Below, one piece after another: positions 12,181 through 25,867 of a DNA stretch of 64,000 bases. A program made the translations under genes and the position numbers. The stretch covers positions 8,248,001 to 8,312,000 of the forward strand of contig CM075992.1 of assembly GCA_038087875.1 (NCBI GenBank). The letters are read 5' to 3'. The DNA is from Malacoraja senta (taxonomy: Eukaryota). The notes beneath the pieces are model-generated. The model saw only the letters and a program-made list of their open reading frames with translations, was not told the DNA's origin and ran no database searches. How positions within the stretch are numbered: position 1 is the stretch's first letter; each line of letters starts with the position of its first letter.

Positions 12181-13160
12181 ATTGTGCCACGGTGAGGTGC
12201 AATCTTGCAATAAGAAAGATGGAGAAAAGTGTTGGGGCAATGACACAGCTTGTTCGACACTGGTCTGCACTCACACTACCTCTGGCACAGTGGAAATGCT
12301 CCAAAGGAAATGGAACAATAGAGGATGCAGTAACATCCACTATACATGATCTTTTTGAGCTCCATCAGAAGAAACTCAACGAGCTACCTGCAGAAATTCG
12401 TGGCCACTCCAGTTAATGTTTCGGGTCAAGAGGTTTTTATCTGAGACATTAACTCCATTTCTCGTTCCATTGATGCTACCAGCTTGCCGAGAGCTTCCAG
12501 CATCCCCTGTTTATATTTCAGATTTCTAGCATCTGCAGTGTTCTGATTTTTGTTGTTGCTCCAATCAATCATCGCTTCATGATGACATGCAAACTGTCAT
12601 CCTAATTAATGTTCCCAAGAGAGACAAAAATAAACCGGAAAAAGTGAGAGACTATTCCCATTAGCGGGAAGGGCAAGTAGCAGGAGACATAGAATGAAAC
12701 TAGCAAAAGTGACATGCGGGAAGCTTCTCTTATTCAGCAAGTGGTTACGGCTGGGAGCATGCTGGCGGGGAGTAGAGGCAGCACAGTGGCCTCGCGGGTA
12801 GAGCCACTGCCTCACATCGCCAGAGACGCAAGTGCCATCCGTTGTCTGCGTGGAGTTTGCACGTTCTCCCTGTGACCATGTGGGTTTCCTCCCACAGCCC
12901 AAAGACTTCCAGCTATGATGCGAAGGATGGAGGGGAGTGGAAATAGCTTGATTGCTCTTATACTGAGCTGGTACAGATTTGATGGGCTAATGCTGAAACC
13001 AATCTACAAACCCGTATTAACTGGAAACTGTAACTTGGATGGTTCACAATAAAACAAAATGGTTTAACAATATCCATCAAGGATGGAAACCTAGCACTCC
13101 TACCTAGCCTGGCTTGCTTACGTGGTTGATCCTTCTTGTTAATGGTATCCATTGGCCTGA

Positions 13161-13375
13161 ATGCCCTGTCCCACTTTCACGACCTAATTCACGACCTTTT
13201 TTACTCGTGGACATTTTTCATCATGTTGAAAAAACGCCCCGACCTACTTGATGCCACGAGTACCTATGACTAGCATCACGACCTCTTACGACCTACCTAC
13301 GACCTCGTAACGACCATGCTGCGAGTATGAGTCAAGGGCAAATTCGGCAGAGGTCGTGAAAATGGGATAGGCCCT
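13161..13375. mobile_element. PIF/Harbinger-type MITE, same family as 18250-18466, opposite orientation
   Basis: Same TIRs and internal sequence. Confidence 0.85.
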
Positions 13376-13429
13376 TTTCCAGTAACACGGATATCCCGAG
13401 AATTTATTCAGACAAATCCAAATGCGTAC

Positions 13430-13643
13430 CTGTTAGTGGCGAAGGTTTGTACAGTGTGCTGTACTGGTTCTGTTGATACGAAGCGTTGATCCGATTACTG
13501 AATGCTGGAGAGCACAACATGACAAGTTCCTCTTTAATAATACACCCTTTGGGATGATCTTCTGGGAGCTCATCTACTCTCTGCTCCAGAGAATGTTTCA
13601 ATAGGTCCAGCTTTTCACTTGACTCGTTCAGCCTGGATTGAGC
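13430..13643 (-). CDS. pkn1: PKN1-like exon 6 (end of HR1c and linker)
   Basis: cccag|[72 protein letters not shown]|gtacgc; 214 nt, phase 0 to 1. Confidence 0.95.
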
Positions 13644-14484
13644 CTGGGATGCAAAAGGAATATTTTTGATATATGGTGTACATCACTTCAAGCTAATTAA
13701 AAAGATTCTCACACAAACCAGACGTGTGTGACTGATCCTGCACTAATCCTACAATGATCCCAGCGTAATTAAAAAATATGCTCTAAATGCTTTGCCAGCT
13801 TTTTTTCAAGCACCTTTTCATTTACACAATAGACAATAGACAATAGGTGCAGGAGTAGGCCATTCGGCCCTTCGAGTCAGCACCGCCATTGAATGCTCTT
13901 TCATTGAACCTTTGCTCATTAAACGTCATTTGAACGGGTACATGGAAAGAAAATATAAAGAGGGATATAGGCTAAACGGGGGCACACGGGACCAGGTTAA
14001 ATGGAGCATTTTGGTCGGCATGTTGGGCCAAAGGGACTGTTTGTATGTAATGTATGAATCCATATTACTCCTCCTTTTGAATTTTTCTTTCTTTATTTAC
14101 TTCTTATCACTCATCAATTCCCATTAGATTCTACCACACACCAGGGACAATTTATAGTTGCCAAATTCACCATATCTTTGGGATGTGAGAGGACACTAGA
14201 GGAATCCCCACAGACACAAGGAGAAACGTGCAACACAACACAGACATCACCCAAGGTTAGGATTGAATCTGGGTCCCTGGTGCTGTGATAGTTCTCGCAA
14301 GATAGATACACCGAAGATAGATACAAAATGCTGGAGTAACTCAGCGGGACAGGCCGCATCTCTGGAGAGAAGGAATGGGTGACGTTTCGGGTCGGGACCC
14401 TTCTTTAGACTGAGTCAGGGGAGAGGGAGGCTAGAGATACAGAATGGTAAGGTGTGAAAAGCAAATCAAAGCAGACGATAATAA

Positions 14485-16805
14485 CCTGGTTAAGGGAGGG
14501 GTAGGACTGGCAGCTCAATGTTCCAGGGTGCAGGAGCTTCAGGAGAGACGGGCGAGGGAAAAAGAGGAGGAAGGTTGCATTGTTGGTTAAGGAGGATGTC
14601 ACGGCAGTGGTCAGAGGTGACATTACGGACGGTTCATCTAGTGAGGCTCTATGGGTGCAGCTGAGGAACAAGAAAGGGATGGTCATCTTGTTGGGGGTGT
14701 ACGACAGACCCCCAAATAGTCAATGGGAATTAGAAGAACAAATATGCCAGGAGATTGAAGACAGTTGCAGGTCAAATAAGGTTGTTGTAATAGGGGATTT
14801 TAATTTTCCCAACACTGACTGGGAAAATCATAGTGTGAAGGGTTTAAATGGGGTGCAATTCCTCAAAAGTGTTCAGGACAGTTTTCTCAAGCAGTATGTA
14901 GAGGTCTCCACACGTGAGAGGGCAACACTGGATCTAGTATTGGGAAATTGGGACGGGAAAGTTAATGAAGTGTTTGTGGAGGAGCCTTTTGGGACTAGTG
15001 ACCACAGATCGATTAGGTTTAAGATAGTTATGGATAAGGACAGAGAGGGTCCACGTATTAAAATGCTCAACTGGGTTAAGGCCAACTTTGAGGGTACGAG
15101 AGAAGGTATCGCTCAAGTTGACTGGAGCAGGTTATTTGAGGGGAAGGGAACATCGGCCAACTTGGATGTTTTTAAAAGTGTGCTGTCGAAAGCTCAAGAT
15201 ACATACGTCCCAGTTAGAGTGAAGGGCAAAACAGGCAAGCGTAAGGAAGCTTGGCTCACGAGGGAAATTGAGGCATTGGTCAAAAACAAGAGGGATGCGT
15301 GGGACAGGTATAGGCAGCTGGGATCGTGCATCCCTGGAGGAGTTTCAGGAACTAAGGAGTAAACTGAAAAAGTAGATCAGAAGGGCAAAAAGGGGCCAGG
15401 AGATTGCTCTGGCGGGTAACATTATGGACAATCCCAAAATATTTTATAAATACATAAGGGAGAAAAAGGTAACTAGAGAGAGAGTGGGACAACTCAGGAA
15501 TCAAAGCAGTCTTCTCTGTGTGGAGCCACAGGAGATGGGCAAGGTCCTCATTGAGTATTTCTCTTCTGTATTTACCAAGGAGAAAGACAGTAGGACGGAG
15601 GAACTTGGGGCAGTCAAAGGAAGTGTCTTGAGAGCAATTAGTGTTACCGTCGAAGAAGTACTGAAAGTACTATTGTGTATGAAGGTAGACAAATTTCCAG
15701 GGCCTGGTCAGATATATCCGAGGACTTCGTGGGAAACAAGTGAAGAAATTGTGGGAGCCCTGGTTGAAATTTACAAGTCATCCTTAAATACAGGAGAGGT
15801 GCCGGAAGACTGGAGGGTGGCAAATGTTGTGCCTCTTTTCAAGATGAGCTGCAGGGAAAATGCTGGGAACTATAGCTTAACTGAGCTTAACATCTGTAGT
15901 TGGAAAGTTTCTAAAGAGTATTCTGAGGGGTAGGTTATGCAGGCATTTGGACAGGCAAAGGGATAGTCAGCATGGGTTTCTACGTGGGACGTCGTGTCTC
16001 ACAAATCTGATTGAGTTATTTGAAGACGTGACCGAAAATGTTGATAAAGGCAGAGCTGTAGATGTTGTGTGCATGGATTTCAGTAAGGCGTTCGACAAGG
16101 TTCCGCATGGTAGGCTGCTCTGGAAGGTTAGATTGCATGGGATCCAAGGAGAGGTGGCCGAATGGATAGCAAATTGGCTCCATGGAAGGAAGCAGAGGGT
16201 GATGGTGGAAGGTTGCTTCTCGGACTAGAGGTCTGTGACTAGTGGTGTGCCTCAGGGTTCGATGCTGGGCCCGTTACTGTTTGTCATCTACATCAATGAT
16301 TTGGATGAGAACATACAGGGCAAGTTTAGCAAATTTGCTGATGATACAAAAGTGGCTGGTTTTGCAGATAGTGAAGATGGTTGTGAACGATTGGCCAGAT
16401 GGGTGGAGGAATGGTTGATGGAATTTAATACAGAGACGTGTGAGGTGTTGCATTTTGGGACATCTAACCAGGGCAGGACCTACACAGTAAATGGTAGGGC
16501 TCTGGGGAGTGTTGTCTCGACCCAAAACATCTCGACCCAAAACATCACCTATTCCTTCACTCCATAGTTGCTGCCTCGCCCGCTGAGTTCCTTTAGAATA
16601 TTGTGTTCAGTTCTGGGCACCATGTTATAGGAAAGATATTGTCAAGCTTGAAGGGGTTCAAAGAAGATTTACGAGGATGTTTCCAGGACTAGAGGGTGTG
16701 AGCTTCAGGAAGAGGTTGAGTAGGCTGGGTCTCTATTCCTTGGAGCACAGGAGGATGAAGGGTGATCTTTTGAGGTATACACAATCACGAGAGGAATAGA
16801 TCAGG
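14485..16805 (+). mobile_element. CR1 LINE ORF2 fragment (APE plus RT), degenerate
   Basis: IGDFNFP, GTSDH, PEDWRVANVVPLFK, SQHGF, DFSKAFDKVPH, GVPQGSMLGP, KFADDTK; several frameshifts. Confidence 0.93.
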
Positions 16806-17908
16806 CAGATGGATCCGAAGCGTCGCCCATTTCTTCTCTCCAGAGATGCTGCCTGTCGCGCTGAGTTACTCCAGCTTTTTGTGTCTATCTTCAATGTGAA
16901 TAGGCAAATTGGTCAGCATGAATTTGGTGAGCTGAAAGACCCATTTCTGTGCTGTACAACTAATGACTCTGAAATAAAGTTGCACAAATCCCCAGGGCCG
17001 AGATTGCTCAGGCCGCGATGGTTACATTTGCATCTTCACTAACTGCAGGTGAGGTGTCAGATGACGAGAGGATAACAAATGGGACATAGACACAAAATGC
17101 TGGAGTAACTCAGCGGGAGGGAAAGCAAGGGTTACAGTACTTGAAGTTGGAGAAATCAATGTTCATCGCACTGGGTTCCAGTTTCAAGTAAACCTTGCTT
17201 TCCCTCTTGCTCCATCCCTCCCGAGTTCTCCGACTTGTTTCATTGCCCTCCCGATTAATTTTACTGATTGTACGCCTCGTTGTCACCTTCCCCTCAGTTA
17301 ACAAAGAATCATTCGACATTTCTTTGATCATAGAGTCATAGAGTTATATGGTGTGTATACAGGCCCTTCGGCCAAACTTGCCCACACCTGCAAACATGTC
17401 CCAGCTACACTAGTCCCACCTGCCTGCATTTGGTCCATATCCCTCCAAACCTGTCCAATCCATGTACCTGTCTGTTTCTTAAACGTTGGGTTAGTCCCAG
17501 CCTCAACTACCTCCTCTGGCAGCTTGTTCTATACACCCACCACCCTTTGTGTGAAAGAGTTTGGTTTAAACCATCATCTGCAGTTCCTTCCTACACATTT
17601 TGCCTATTTACATTAATCATATTTGCCCACATTAGGTCCTTATCTTTTTACGCCTTGTCCATTCAAGAATCTGTCCAAACATCACTCATAAGTAATGATT
17701 CCACCATGTCCTCTGACAGCACCAGAGACCCGGGTTTGATCCTGACTGCAGGTGCTACGGGTTCCCAATGAAGACAAATGTGTCAAATGCCTGCGTCATC
17801 TCCCTGTCTACCCAAGTCCAGGGTGACATGCTTTTACAGACAGTTCTGCAATAAACCACTACCCATTAATATGGTCAGCTCCAGAACATTATTCCCCTGG
17901 TTCCTTAC

Positions 17909-18051
17909 CTCAGACATCGCCTTCTTATCGTGTACCTTCCCTGACCCCAGAAGGCGAAGAACATTTTTGGCACCTTCTGATACTGCATATTCCACACGGA
18001 CGTGATGCCGCAGCTCTTCAATTCTTAGTTCGAGACTAATTTCCGGCTTGG
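17909..18051 (-). CDS. pkn1: PKN1-like exon 5 (HR1c)
   Basis: ttaaag|(A)[47 protein letters not shown]|gtaagg; 143 nt, phase 1 to 0. Confidence 0.95.
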
Positions 18052-18249
18052 CTTTAAAAGTAAATAAAAAGGCCATGCATTAATAAAGGCAAACACTGTC
18101 AATGCATACTTATTTGTCCTCAACTGGCACAGTGCTCAGAGCTTTTGTCTTTGTGGGCCGCAAATGTGTGTTTAATGGCACCTCAGAACATAAAGTGAAG
18201 AATAATAAGAATAGCAGAAATAGAAGCAGGCGGTGTAGTTGCTGCCTTA

Positions 18250-18466
18250 AGGGCCTGTCCCACTTTCACAACCTAATTCCCGACCTCGGCCGAGTTTGCC
18301 CTTGACTCATACTCGCAGCATAGTCGTCACGAGGTCGTAGCAGGCCGTGATGCTAGTCGTAGGTACTCGTGGCATCAAGTAGGTCGGGGTGTTTTTTCTA
18401 GCATGATGAAAAATGTCCACGAGTAAAAAAGGTCTCGAATTAGGTCGTGAAAGTGGGACAGGCCCT
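18250..18466. mobile_element. PIF/Harbinger-type MITE
   Basis: About 37-bp TIRs AGGGCCTGTCCCACTTTCAC..., TTA duplication, inserted in a V-SINE head. Confidence 0.88.
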
Positions 18467-18568
18467 TTACAGGGCCAGAGTCCCAGGTTCGATCCTGATT
18501 ATGGAGGCTGTCTGTGGGGAGTTTGCACCTTCTCCTTGTTACCACGTGGGTTTTCTCTGGGTGCTCTG

Positions 18569-19067
18569 TCAAATATTTGATTTCAAAATATTACTGTTGG
18601 TTTATAAAGCACTGAATGGTCTCGGGCCAAAATACATTTCTGATCTTCTGCTACATTATGAACCATCCACACCTCTGAGGTAGTCTGGGTCAGGTCTGCT
18701 TTCTGTCCCCTTAGTCAGAACTAAACATGGAGAAGCAACGTTTAGTTTTTATGCACCAAATATATGGAACAAACTTCCAGAAAAATGCAGGTCGCTCCAA
18801 CTCTCAGTTCTTTTAAATCAGGGCTGAAGACTTTGTTTGACGCTACCTTTAATTAAATTAAATAATTATTCATATTTTACACTGCACTGTAACTTTTATT
18901 CTTGTATTTTATACCTGTCTTATTCTATTTTAGCTTGTTTTTATCTTCTATTATTTTCAATGACTGAGAGTTTTTAATTGCTTTTGGTTGCTCTTTAATG
19001 TTTTGTGTAAAGCACTTTGAATAGCCTTGTTGCTGAAATGTGCTATATAAATAAACTTGCTTGTTTG
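18569..19067 (+). mobile_element. L2 LINE 3' fragment (different family) nested in a V-SINE
   Basis: DFKILLLVYKALNGLGPKYISDLL...FSFYAPNIWNKLP; tail gtaaagcactttgaa...tgctatataaataaacttgcttg. Confidence 0.88.
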
Positions 19068-19660
19068 CATACTCCAATGACATGGAGGTTTGTAGGTTAA
19101 TTGGCTTTGGTTAAATTGTAAATTGTCCCTCGTGTATAGGACAGTATATGGGGATTGCTGGTCGGTGCGAACGGTGGCCAAAGAGGTATTTCTACACTGT
19201 ATCTCTAAAGTTTAAGGCAGGAACTGAGCTTTCGGGCCCCTGTGCTGATATTTTACTCAGTTATGCATTCCTGAACTAAGCTCAAATCCCTTCATATTTA
19301 AATATCCATTCCTACTAAATGTCATTTATTTTTAGTTGTTGTTACCCATAGATTTGGTATTCAAATCATCACTGATATTAGCCCATCTAAAGCTTCGTGC
19401 TTCAAAATTCAAACAAGGTGAACCAGAACATTCGATGTGAACAGCTCCACAGTGGTGGAAGAATGCTTTTCCCGTTGGAAGTCTGAGACCCAGTGGTGTA
19501 CAGCAGGGATCAGTGCTGAGACCCCGATTGTTTGTGACACACATTAACGACTAGTGAATGTGGTAGCTATGGTTAGAGACTTTGTGAACAACATGTGAAT
19601 TTATTGCATGGATAGTGAGGAAGGATGTCTAAAGCCAGAGCAGAATATCTATCAGATTAG

Positions 19661-19952
19661 GGACGGCACACTGGTGCAGCAGTACAGTTGCTGCCTCACC
19701 GCAAAGGAGACCTGGGTTCGATCCTGTCTACGGGTACTGTCTGTGCGTAGTTTACACGTTCTCCCTGTGACTATCTGGGTTTCCTCCGGGTGCTCTGGTT
19801 TCCTCCCACATTGCAGAGACGTGCAGGTTTGTGGGTTGATTGGCTTCTGCAAATTGCCCCTAGTGTGTAGGAAGCGCAAAGTGTGATAACATAGATCGAT
19901 GGTCGGCATGGATTTGATGGGCCAAAGGGCCTGTTTCCACGCTGTATCGCTG
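19661..19952 (+). mobile_element. V-SINE
   Basis: tRNA head, V-domain and tail. Confidence 0.85.
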
Positions 19953-20399
19953 AACTCTGAAGATGGAAAGTTGGGCAGAGCATTGGCAAATGAAATGTAA
20001 TTCTGACACGTGCCATGCGATGCATTTTTGGAAGTAAAATAGGAATAGGACATATACAGTGATGATAGAGTGCTAAAGAATGGCAACAAACAGAGGAATC
20101 TTTGGACTCAAGTTCCCTGAAAGTCACAAAGCAGGTCAAGATGTGGTGAAGTAGGCACATGGCACGCTTGCCTCCATAGCTTGTGGCATAGAACATAAAA
20201 GCTGGGACACTATATAACTGAAGAAGGGTCTTGACCCAAAATGTCACCCATTCCTTCTCTCCAGAGATACTGTCTGTCCCGCTGAGTTACTCCAGCAGAG
20301 CAGGTTGTTTACCTACAACTTTACAAACCAATGGTTAGGACACACTTTTAGTGTGCAGATCTGGTCAGTACACCAGAGGAAGGATGTCGTTCACTAGGA

Positions 20400-21590
20400 T
20401 ATTGCCTGTCTGTGCTTCTTCCTGAGTACAGTCAGAGACTGAAGAGCACGGCACTTGCAAAGAGGACTACGAAGTGCTGGTCAGGGAAGGCAGATGAGTG
20501 GTCATGAGATTGCTTTGAAACGGTGGACTGGACCATGACCAGGGATTCGTCAGTGGACCTGAATGAATATGTCACAGTCGTCATAGACTTCACAAAGAAG
20601 TTCGTGGACGGGCGTCCACCTACAAAACCATTCCCGAAGCAGAAGCCTTAAAAGAACCAGGAGGTTTATATCTCGCAGAAGGCCAGATGTGTGGCATTTA
20701 GGGATGACGATCCAGCTAGACAGGAACCTCAGGTTCAACCTCCTGAAGAAACGATTCCAGACTAAGCTGGAGTCAGACAGTTGCTCGAAAGCTGTGGCAG
20801 GACTGGCATTCTATCACTTTTAGTTTACTTTAGTTTAGTTTTGAGATACAGCGTGGAAACAGACCCTTCGGCCCACCGAGTCCACGCTGACCAGCGATCC
20901 CTTCACACTAACACTAACACACACACAAACACACACGCACAGACACACACGCACAGACACACACGCACAGACACACACGCAGACACACACGCACAGACAC
21001 ACACGCACAGACACACACGCACAGACACATAGACAGACAGACAGACACACACACATGAATTTAATTTACAATTTTACCAAAGCCAATGAACCTACAAACC
21101 TGTAAGTCTTTGGTGTACATTTCCTTCAAGTCTGGGTGGCATAAGTGGTTACAACACATCACTTCCGGATGAACTCAATGCGTTTTATGCATTCTTTAAA
21201 AAGAAGAACAGTGACAAAACTACATGATCCCCCATAGCCCGTGATGACCCTGTGATCGCAGTCTCTGAAGCCAACATCAGAGCATCGTTCAAGAGAGAAA
21301 TCTAAACATAGCAACCAGCTCTAGCTGAGTACTAAATACCTGTGTGGATTAAGTGGTTGGAGTATTCAAGGATATCTTCAACCTCTCCCAACCGCAGTTG
21401 GATGTTTCCCCACTCCCCCACCCCCCCCCCCCCCCCGCTTCAAAAGGGCATCTGACATACTGATGCCACACGAGAGCGTGGTGATCTGCTTCAATTACCA
21501 CTATCTGGTAGCACTTACATCCACCATAATGAGCATGAAAACCATCAGGTTCAAGAACTGTTCAAATCCAGCAACCATTAGGCTCTTGAC
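20400..21590 (+). mobile_element. Old degenerate Rex1-like LINE interrupted by a V-SINE and microsatellite
   Basis: Remnants such as DCFETVDW, LPDELNAFYA and LVGVFKDIFNLS. Confidence 0.6.
20918..21055. repeat. CA-rich compound microsatellite inside a V-SINE
   Basis: (cacacacgcacaga)n. Confidence 0.92.
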
Positions 21591-21610
21591 ACAGCACTAA
21601 CCTGAGCAAC

Positions 21611-21910
21611 TTAGTTTTTATTTTTTAGAGATACAGTGTGGAAACAGGCCCTTCGGCCCACCAGGTCCGCGTCGACCAGCGACCCCCGGCACACTAACAC
21701 TATCCCACTAGGGACAATTTTTACATTTACCAAGCCAATTAACCTACAAACCTGTACGTCTTTGGAGTGTGGGAGGAAACCGAAGATCTCGGAGGAAACC
21801 CACGCAGGTCACGGAGAGAACGTACAAACTCTGTACAGACAGCACCCGTGGTCGGGATCGAACCCAGGTCTCTGGCGCTGTGAGGCAACTCTACCGCTGC
21901 GCCACCGTGA
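21611..21910 (-). mobile_element. V-SINE, young copy
   Basis: CpGs retained; full head, V-domain and tail. Confidence 0.88.
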
Positions 21911-22116
21911 CCGCAGACTAACCGAAGACTATAATCTTCTTTGGACTGTGCCTTTGGTTGCACTATGGATTTTGGTTTTGCACTATTTGGTTACCTCACA
22001 TTATGGTTATTAATTTATTGTATTGTAGATTATTATATATTTAACAGTGTGTGATTGGGTTTTACAGGCCAGTTAGTCTGCAGCAAGTAGGAATTACATT
22101 GTACTGTTGTAGGTGC

Positions 22117-23114
22117 TGTGGTGTTGGTATTGCTGCCCGATCACTAATGAACACACTGGCACACACAGTGAGGTGAACGCACCCGCTGGCCTTTATTTCC
22201 AGAGGCAAAAAGAGGGTCTAGAATCATTCCCCACAGCTTCCTCTCTCCCTTTCTATCTGGACAACAGGGTCTATAAGATGATAAACCCAGGATATAAGAT
22301 GTGAGGAAAAACCTTTTCACCCAGAGAGTTGTGAATCTGTGGAATTCGCTGCCACAGAAGGCAGCGGAGGCCAATTCACTGGATGTATTCTGGAAGCAGG
22401 AACGGGGTACTGATTCTGGATGATCAGCCATGATCATATTGAATGGGCTACTCCTGCACCTATTTTCTATGTTTCCAAAAGGGGTACATCTGTAGTATTG
22501 GGTTAATTGGTCCAATGATCCTTAGATTAGGGCTTGGACACGCTAGAGGCAGGAAACATGTTCCCGATGTTGGGGGAGTCCAGAACCAGGGGCCACAGTT
22601 TAAGAATAAGGAGTAAGCCATTTAGAACGGAGACGAGGAAACACTTTTTCTCACAGAGAGTGGTGAGTCTGTGGAATTCTCTGCCTCAGAGGGCGGTGGA
22701 AGCAGGTTCTCTGGATGCTTTCAAGAGAAAGCTAGATAGGGCTCTTAAAAATAGCGGAGTCAGGGGATATGGGGAGAAGGCAGGAACGGGGTACTGATTG
22801 GGGATGATCAGCCATGATCACATTGAATGGCGGTGCTGGTTCGAAGGGCCGAATGGCCTACTCCTGCACCTATTGTCTATTGTCTATTCGACACAAATAG
22901 CTGGAGTAACTCAACGGGACAGGCAACATCTCTGGAGAGAAGGAATGGGTGACATTTCGGGTTGAGACCCTTCTTCAGACTAGTTAGGGAAAAGGGAAAT
23001 GAGCTTCAGGCTAGTTCGGGAAAAAGGAAACAAATGATCCTTAATTGGGCTTGGCTGTGGCCCGTTTGCCTCTGGCCGGGACTAGAGCGACCTTAAAGGA
23101 GATGTATCGTCACA
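22117..23114 (-). mobile_element. Solo LTR with nested CR1 and Penelope insertions
   Basis: TG...CA ends, 4-bp TSD gtgc (22113-16, 23115-18), AATAAA on the minus strand, homologous to 31393-32202. Confidence 0.8.
22530..22888 (+). mobile_element. CR1 3' end nested inside a solo LTR
   Basis: [14 protein letters not shown]...GYGEKAGTGY-stop and tail ctattgtctattgtctatt. Confidence 0.9.
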
Positions 23115-23994
23115 GTGCCGATGACAATTAAACACTCCTGGCAGCAAAGAAAGCACCGACGTCTTGCCTCAGAACTGTTAGATGCACATTAAGGGCCTCA
23201 TGAGACATTTAGGAAGCTTTTTGGACCGTGGTCACCCTCGTGCAGAAGTTGTTGTCTACTTGAAGTGTTTGAGATCTGGACGTGGGCATTGAGGAACAGC
23301 TGACATTCCCCCCAGGTCTTGTGACATCTGAATCCAGGAACTCCCTATCTAACAGCATGGTAGAACTCCCCTTGCCAGAGGGACTACAGTGGATTATGTA
23401 GATGGTTTAGTTTAGAGATACAGCGTGGAAACAGGCCCTTTGGCCCACCGCCCGCACCCACCAACAATCACCCATACACCAACACTATCCTACACACTTT
23501 AAAAATCTAGTCATAAAGTGATACAGTGTAGAAACAGGCCCCTCGGCCCAACTCACCAACACCGGCCAACAATTTCCCAGCTACACTAGTCCCACTTGCC
23601 TGTGCTTGGTCCATATCCCTCCAAACCTGTCTATGCACAAGTTGTGATTGACACTTTCCACAGCAACAGAGTTCTGAACCTGAGAGACTTTACACAAGGT
23701 AAAGTGTACCTGAGAGCAAGGTACACGCTTTGTTTGATCGTCCATGGGCAACAGGGTTTGGAACCTGCACATGAGCCTGTACACAGGGGAAGGGGATGCA
23801 ACTTGTCTGATGATGTACATACGCAACATGGTACAGGTGCAGTCTGTACTTGGTAGCATAGTGCATTTATAATGGATACATGGAAAAGGTAACAACGTTT
23901 TTAACAGCATCAATAAGTCAGAGTACAGGCCCTCTGGCACGGCATTATAAATGTGTCCTGCCTTGTCCAAGGCTGTCTCTAGGTTTTCAACCAT

Positions 23995-24412
23995 CTCAAA
24001 TAGTTCACATCTCGCGCTGCCTCGGCAAGGCCAGCAGCATAATCAAGGACCAGTCTCACCCCGGCCACGCCCTCTTCTCCCCTCAGGCAAGTGGTATAGA
24101 AGCGTGAAAACGCACACCTCCAGATTCAGGGACAAGTTTCTTACCAGCTGTTATCAGGCAACTGAACCATCCTACCAACGACTAGAGAGATTCTTCAGGT
24201 ACTATCTACCTCATTGGAGACCCTCGGACAATCTTTGATCGGACTTTACTAGACTTTATCTTGCACTAAACATTACTCATGTTATTCCCTTCATCATGTA
24301 TCTGTACACTGTGGACGGCTCGATTGTAATCATGTATTGTCTTTCCGCGGACTGGTTAGCACGCAACAAAGCTTTTCACTGTACCTCGATCCACGTGACA
24401 ATAAACTCAACT
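23995..24412 (+). mobile_element. Rex1/Babar-like LINE 3' end
   Basis: RCLGKASSIIKDQSHPGHALFS..SGKWYRSVKTHTSRFRD..PAVIRQLN, then a 3' UTR that is repeated elsewhere in the window. Confidence 0.8.
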
Positions 24413-24962
24413 AGTTACACTCCTCCAAGTGTGGATCCTTATGCATGCCCTTTTGCAATTACTTTCCCTTGCTGTCGTGTCTTCCAATTAGCAAACTATT
24501 AAATTCTTACATTCTCACATTCATTCCTTCCATGTCTTAATCTTATTTTCCATCTTTAGGTTTTTATCATAAATTCTTCTATCCATCCTTCCATCTGATA
24601 GGGTTTGGCATTAAAATATGCGGATGTCTCTCTTGCAATCTGTTTTTAACACTTTATAAAGTATGAGCTGTTTTTATTATTGATTCACAACTCCTGTGTT
24701 CTTTAAGTGTGTTTATCTTTGATCTTTGCTTTTCCACAATGTATAGAGGAAACAGGATCTAATAAATAATCTGAACTCTGTCAGCAATAATACATTTGAG
24801 ATAGAAACAGTATATTATTCACTTAATTTAATGTCCATTGATGTCAAAAAAGCAATCTTTTTTTTGTGAGAATGATTTCACCGTACGTGAATGATATGAC
24901 GGTACACTTTAGAAACGAATGACTAATCCACGATTATCACCAAGCTCTCTTACAAATATTAC

Positions 24963-25092
24963 CTTGTCCATCCTCAATTTCCACGTGCATCTCATCTGCC
25001 TGTATCGCTTTGCGGATCTGCATGCGGATCACTTCAATTTTGATTTTACTATCCTGCAGCATCTGTTGAGCCGTGGATAGCATCTTTCGATC
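24963..25092 (-). CDS. pkn1: PKN1-like exon 4 (HR1b)
   Basis: cacag|[44 protein letters not shown]|gtaata; 130 nt, phase 0 to 1. Confidence 0.95.
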
Positions 25093-25796
25093 CTGTGGAA
25101 TTAAGACAAAATCACAATTAGACTGCGTTACTTGTTCAAGTGGGTCTGTCGTGAGCCAAGGATGATGAAATTGGACGGAAGAGAAAATAATTAATTTTAA
25201 AGTCAAAAGACAGAGTGGTGTGATCCAAATAGGTTTTCTGTATATAGATACACAGAGTGTGAAATGGCCTCCAATGGCTCCAATAGTCAATGGTTAGCGG
25301 ATCCTTTATTGTCTCGTGTACCAGGTACAGTGAAACACAGTTTTTGCACACAGATCCGCAAGACTATCCCCGTACATAAACACGATCACCCCAGTTAGTG
25401 CAGTATGCATAGAGCAGCCCACCGAGTCCATTTGCAAGAGGTTTGACCAGGGTATGTAAGAAAGAACTGCACATGCTGGTTTAAATTGAAGGTAGACATA
25501 AAATGCTGGAGTAACTCAACGGGTGAGGCAGCATCTCTGGAGAGAGGAAATGGGCGACGTTTCGGGTCGAGACACTTCTTCAGGTTTGACCAGGAGCTGG
25601 GAGCTATCAGGTATCAAGGTCTACATGCAGACTGGGAAAAAGGGAAGAGTAATTAAGAAGGAAAGAGTCTGAAGAAGGGTCATGACCCAAAACGTCTCCC
25701 ATCCTTTTTCTTCAGAGATGCTGCCTGACCCACTGAAGTACTCCAATGCTGGAGAAACTCAAAGGGCGAGACAGCATCTATGGAGCGAAGAAATAG

Positions 25797-25828
25797 GTGA
25801 CGTTTCGGGTTGAGACCCTTCTTCAGAC
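25797..25828 (-). ncRNA. Minimal hammerhead ribozyme-like motif
   Basis: Minus strand reads gtCTGAAGAAGGGTCTCAACCCGAAACGTCac. Confidence 0.6.
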
Positions 25829-25835
25829 TGATGTA

Positions 25836-25867
25836 GTCTGAAGAAGGGTCTCGACCCGAAACGTCAC
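25836..25867 (+). ncRNA. Minimal type I hammerhead ribozyme-like motif
   Basis: gt CTGAAGA A GGGTC tc GACCC GAAA C GTC ac: CUGANGA and GAAA cores, 5-bp helix II, GUC site, palindromic ACGT in place of helix III. Confidence 0.65.

Larger units (their letters stand above)
18228..19210 (+). mobile_element. V-SINE split by MITE and L2 insertions
   Basis: Segments 18228-18249, 18470-18568 and 19068-19210 join into one SINE. Confidence 0.8.

Noticed and set aside
18030..18051. Exon 5 start [10 protein letters not shown] seems one residue shorter than recalled orthologs
   Set aside because: In-frame and in a variable linker. Cannot be judged without an alignment.
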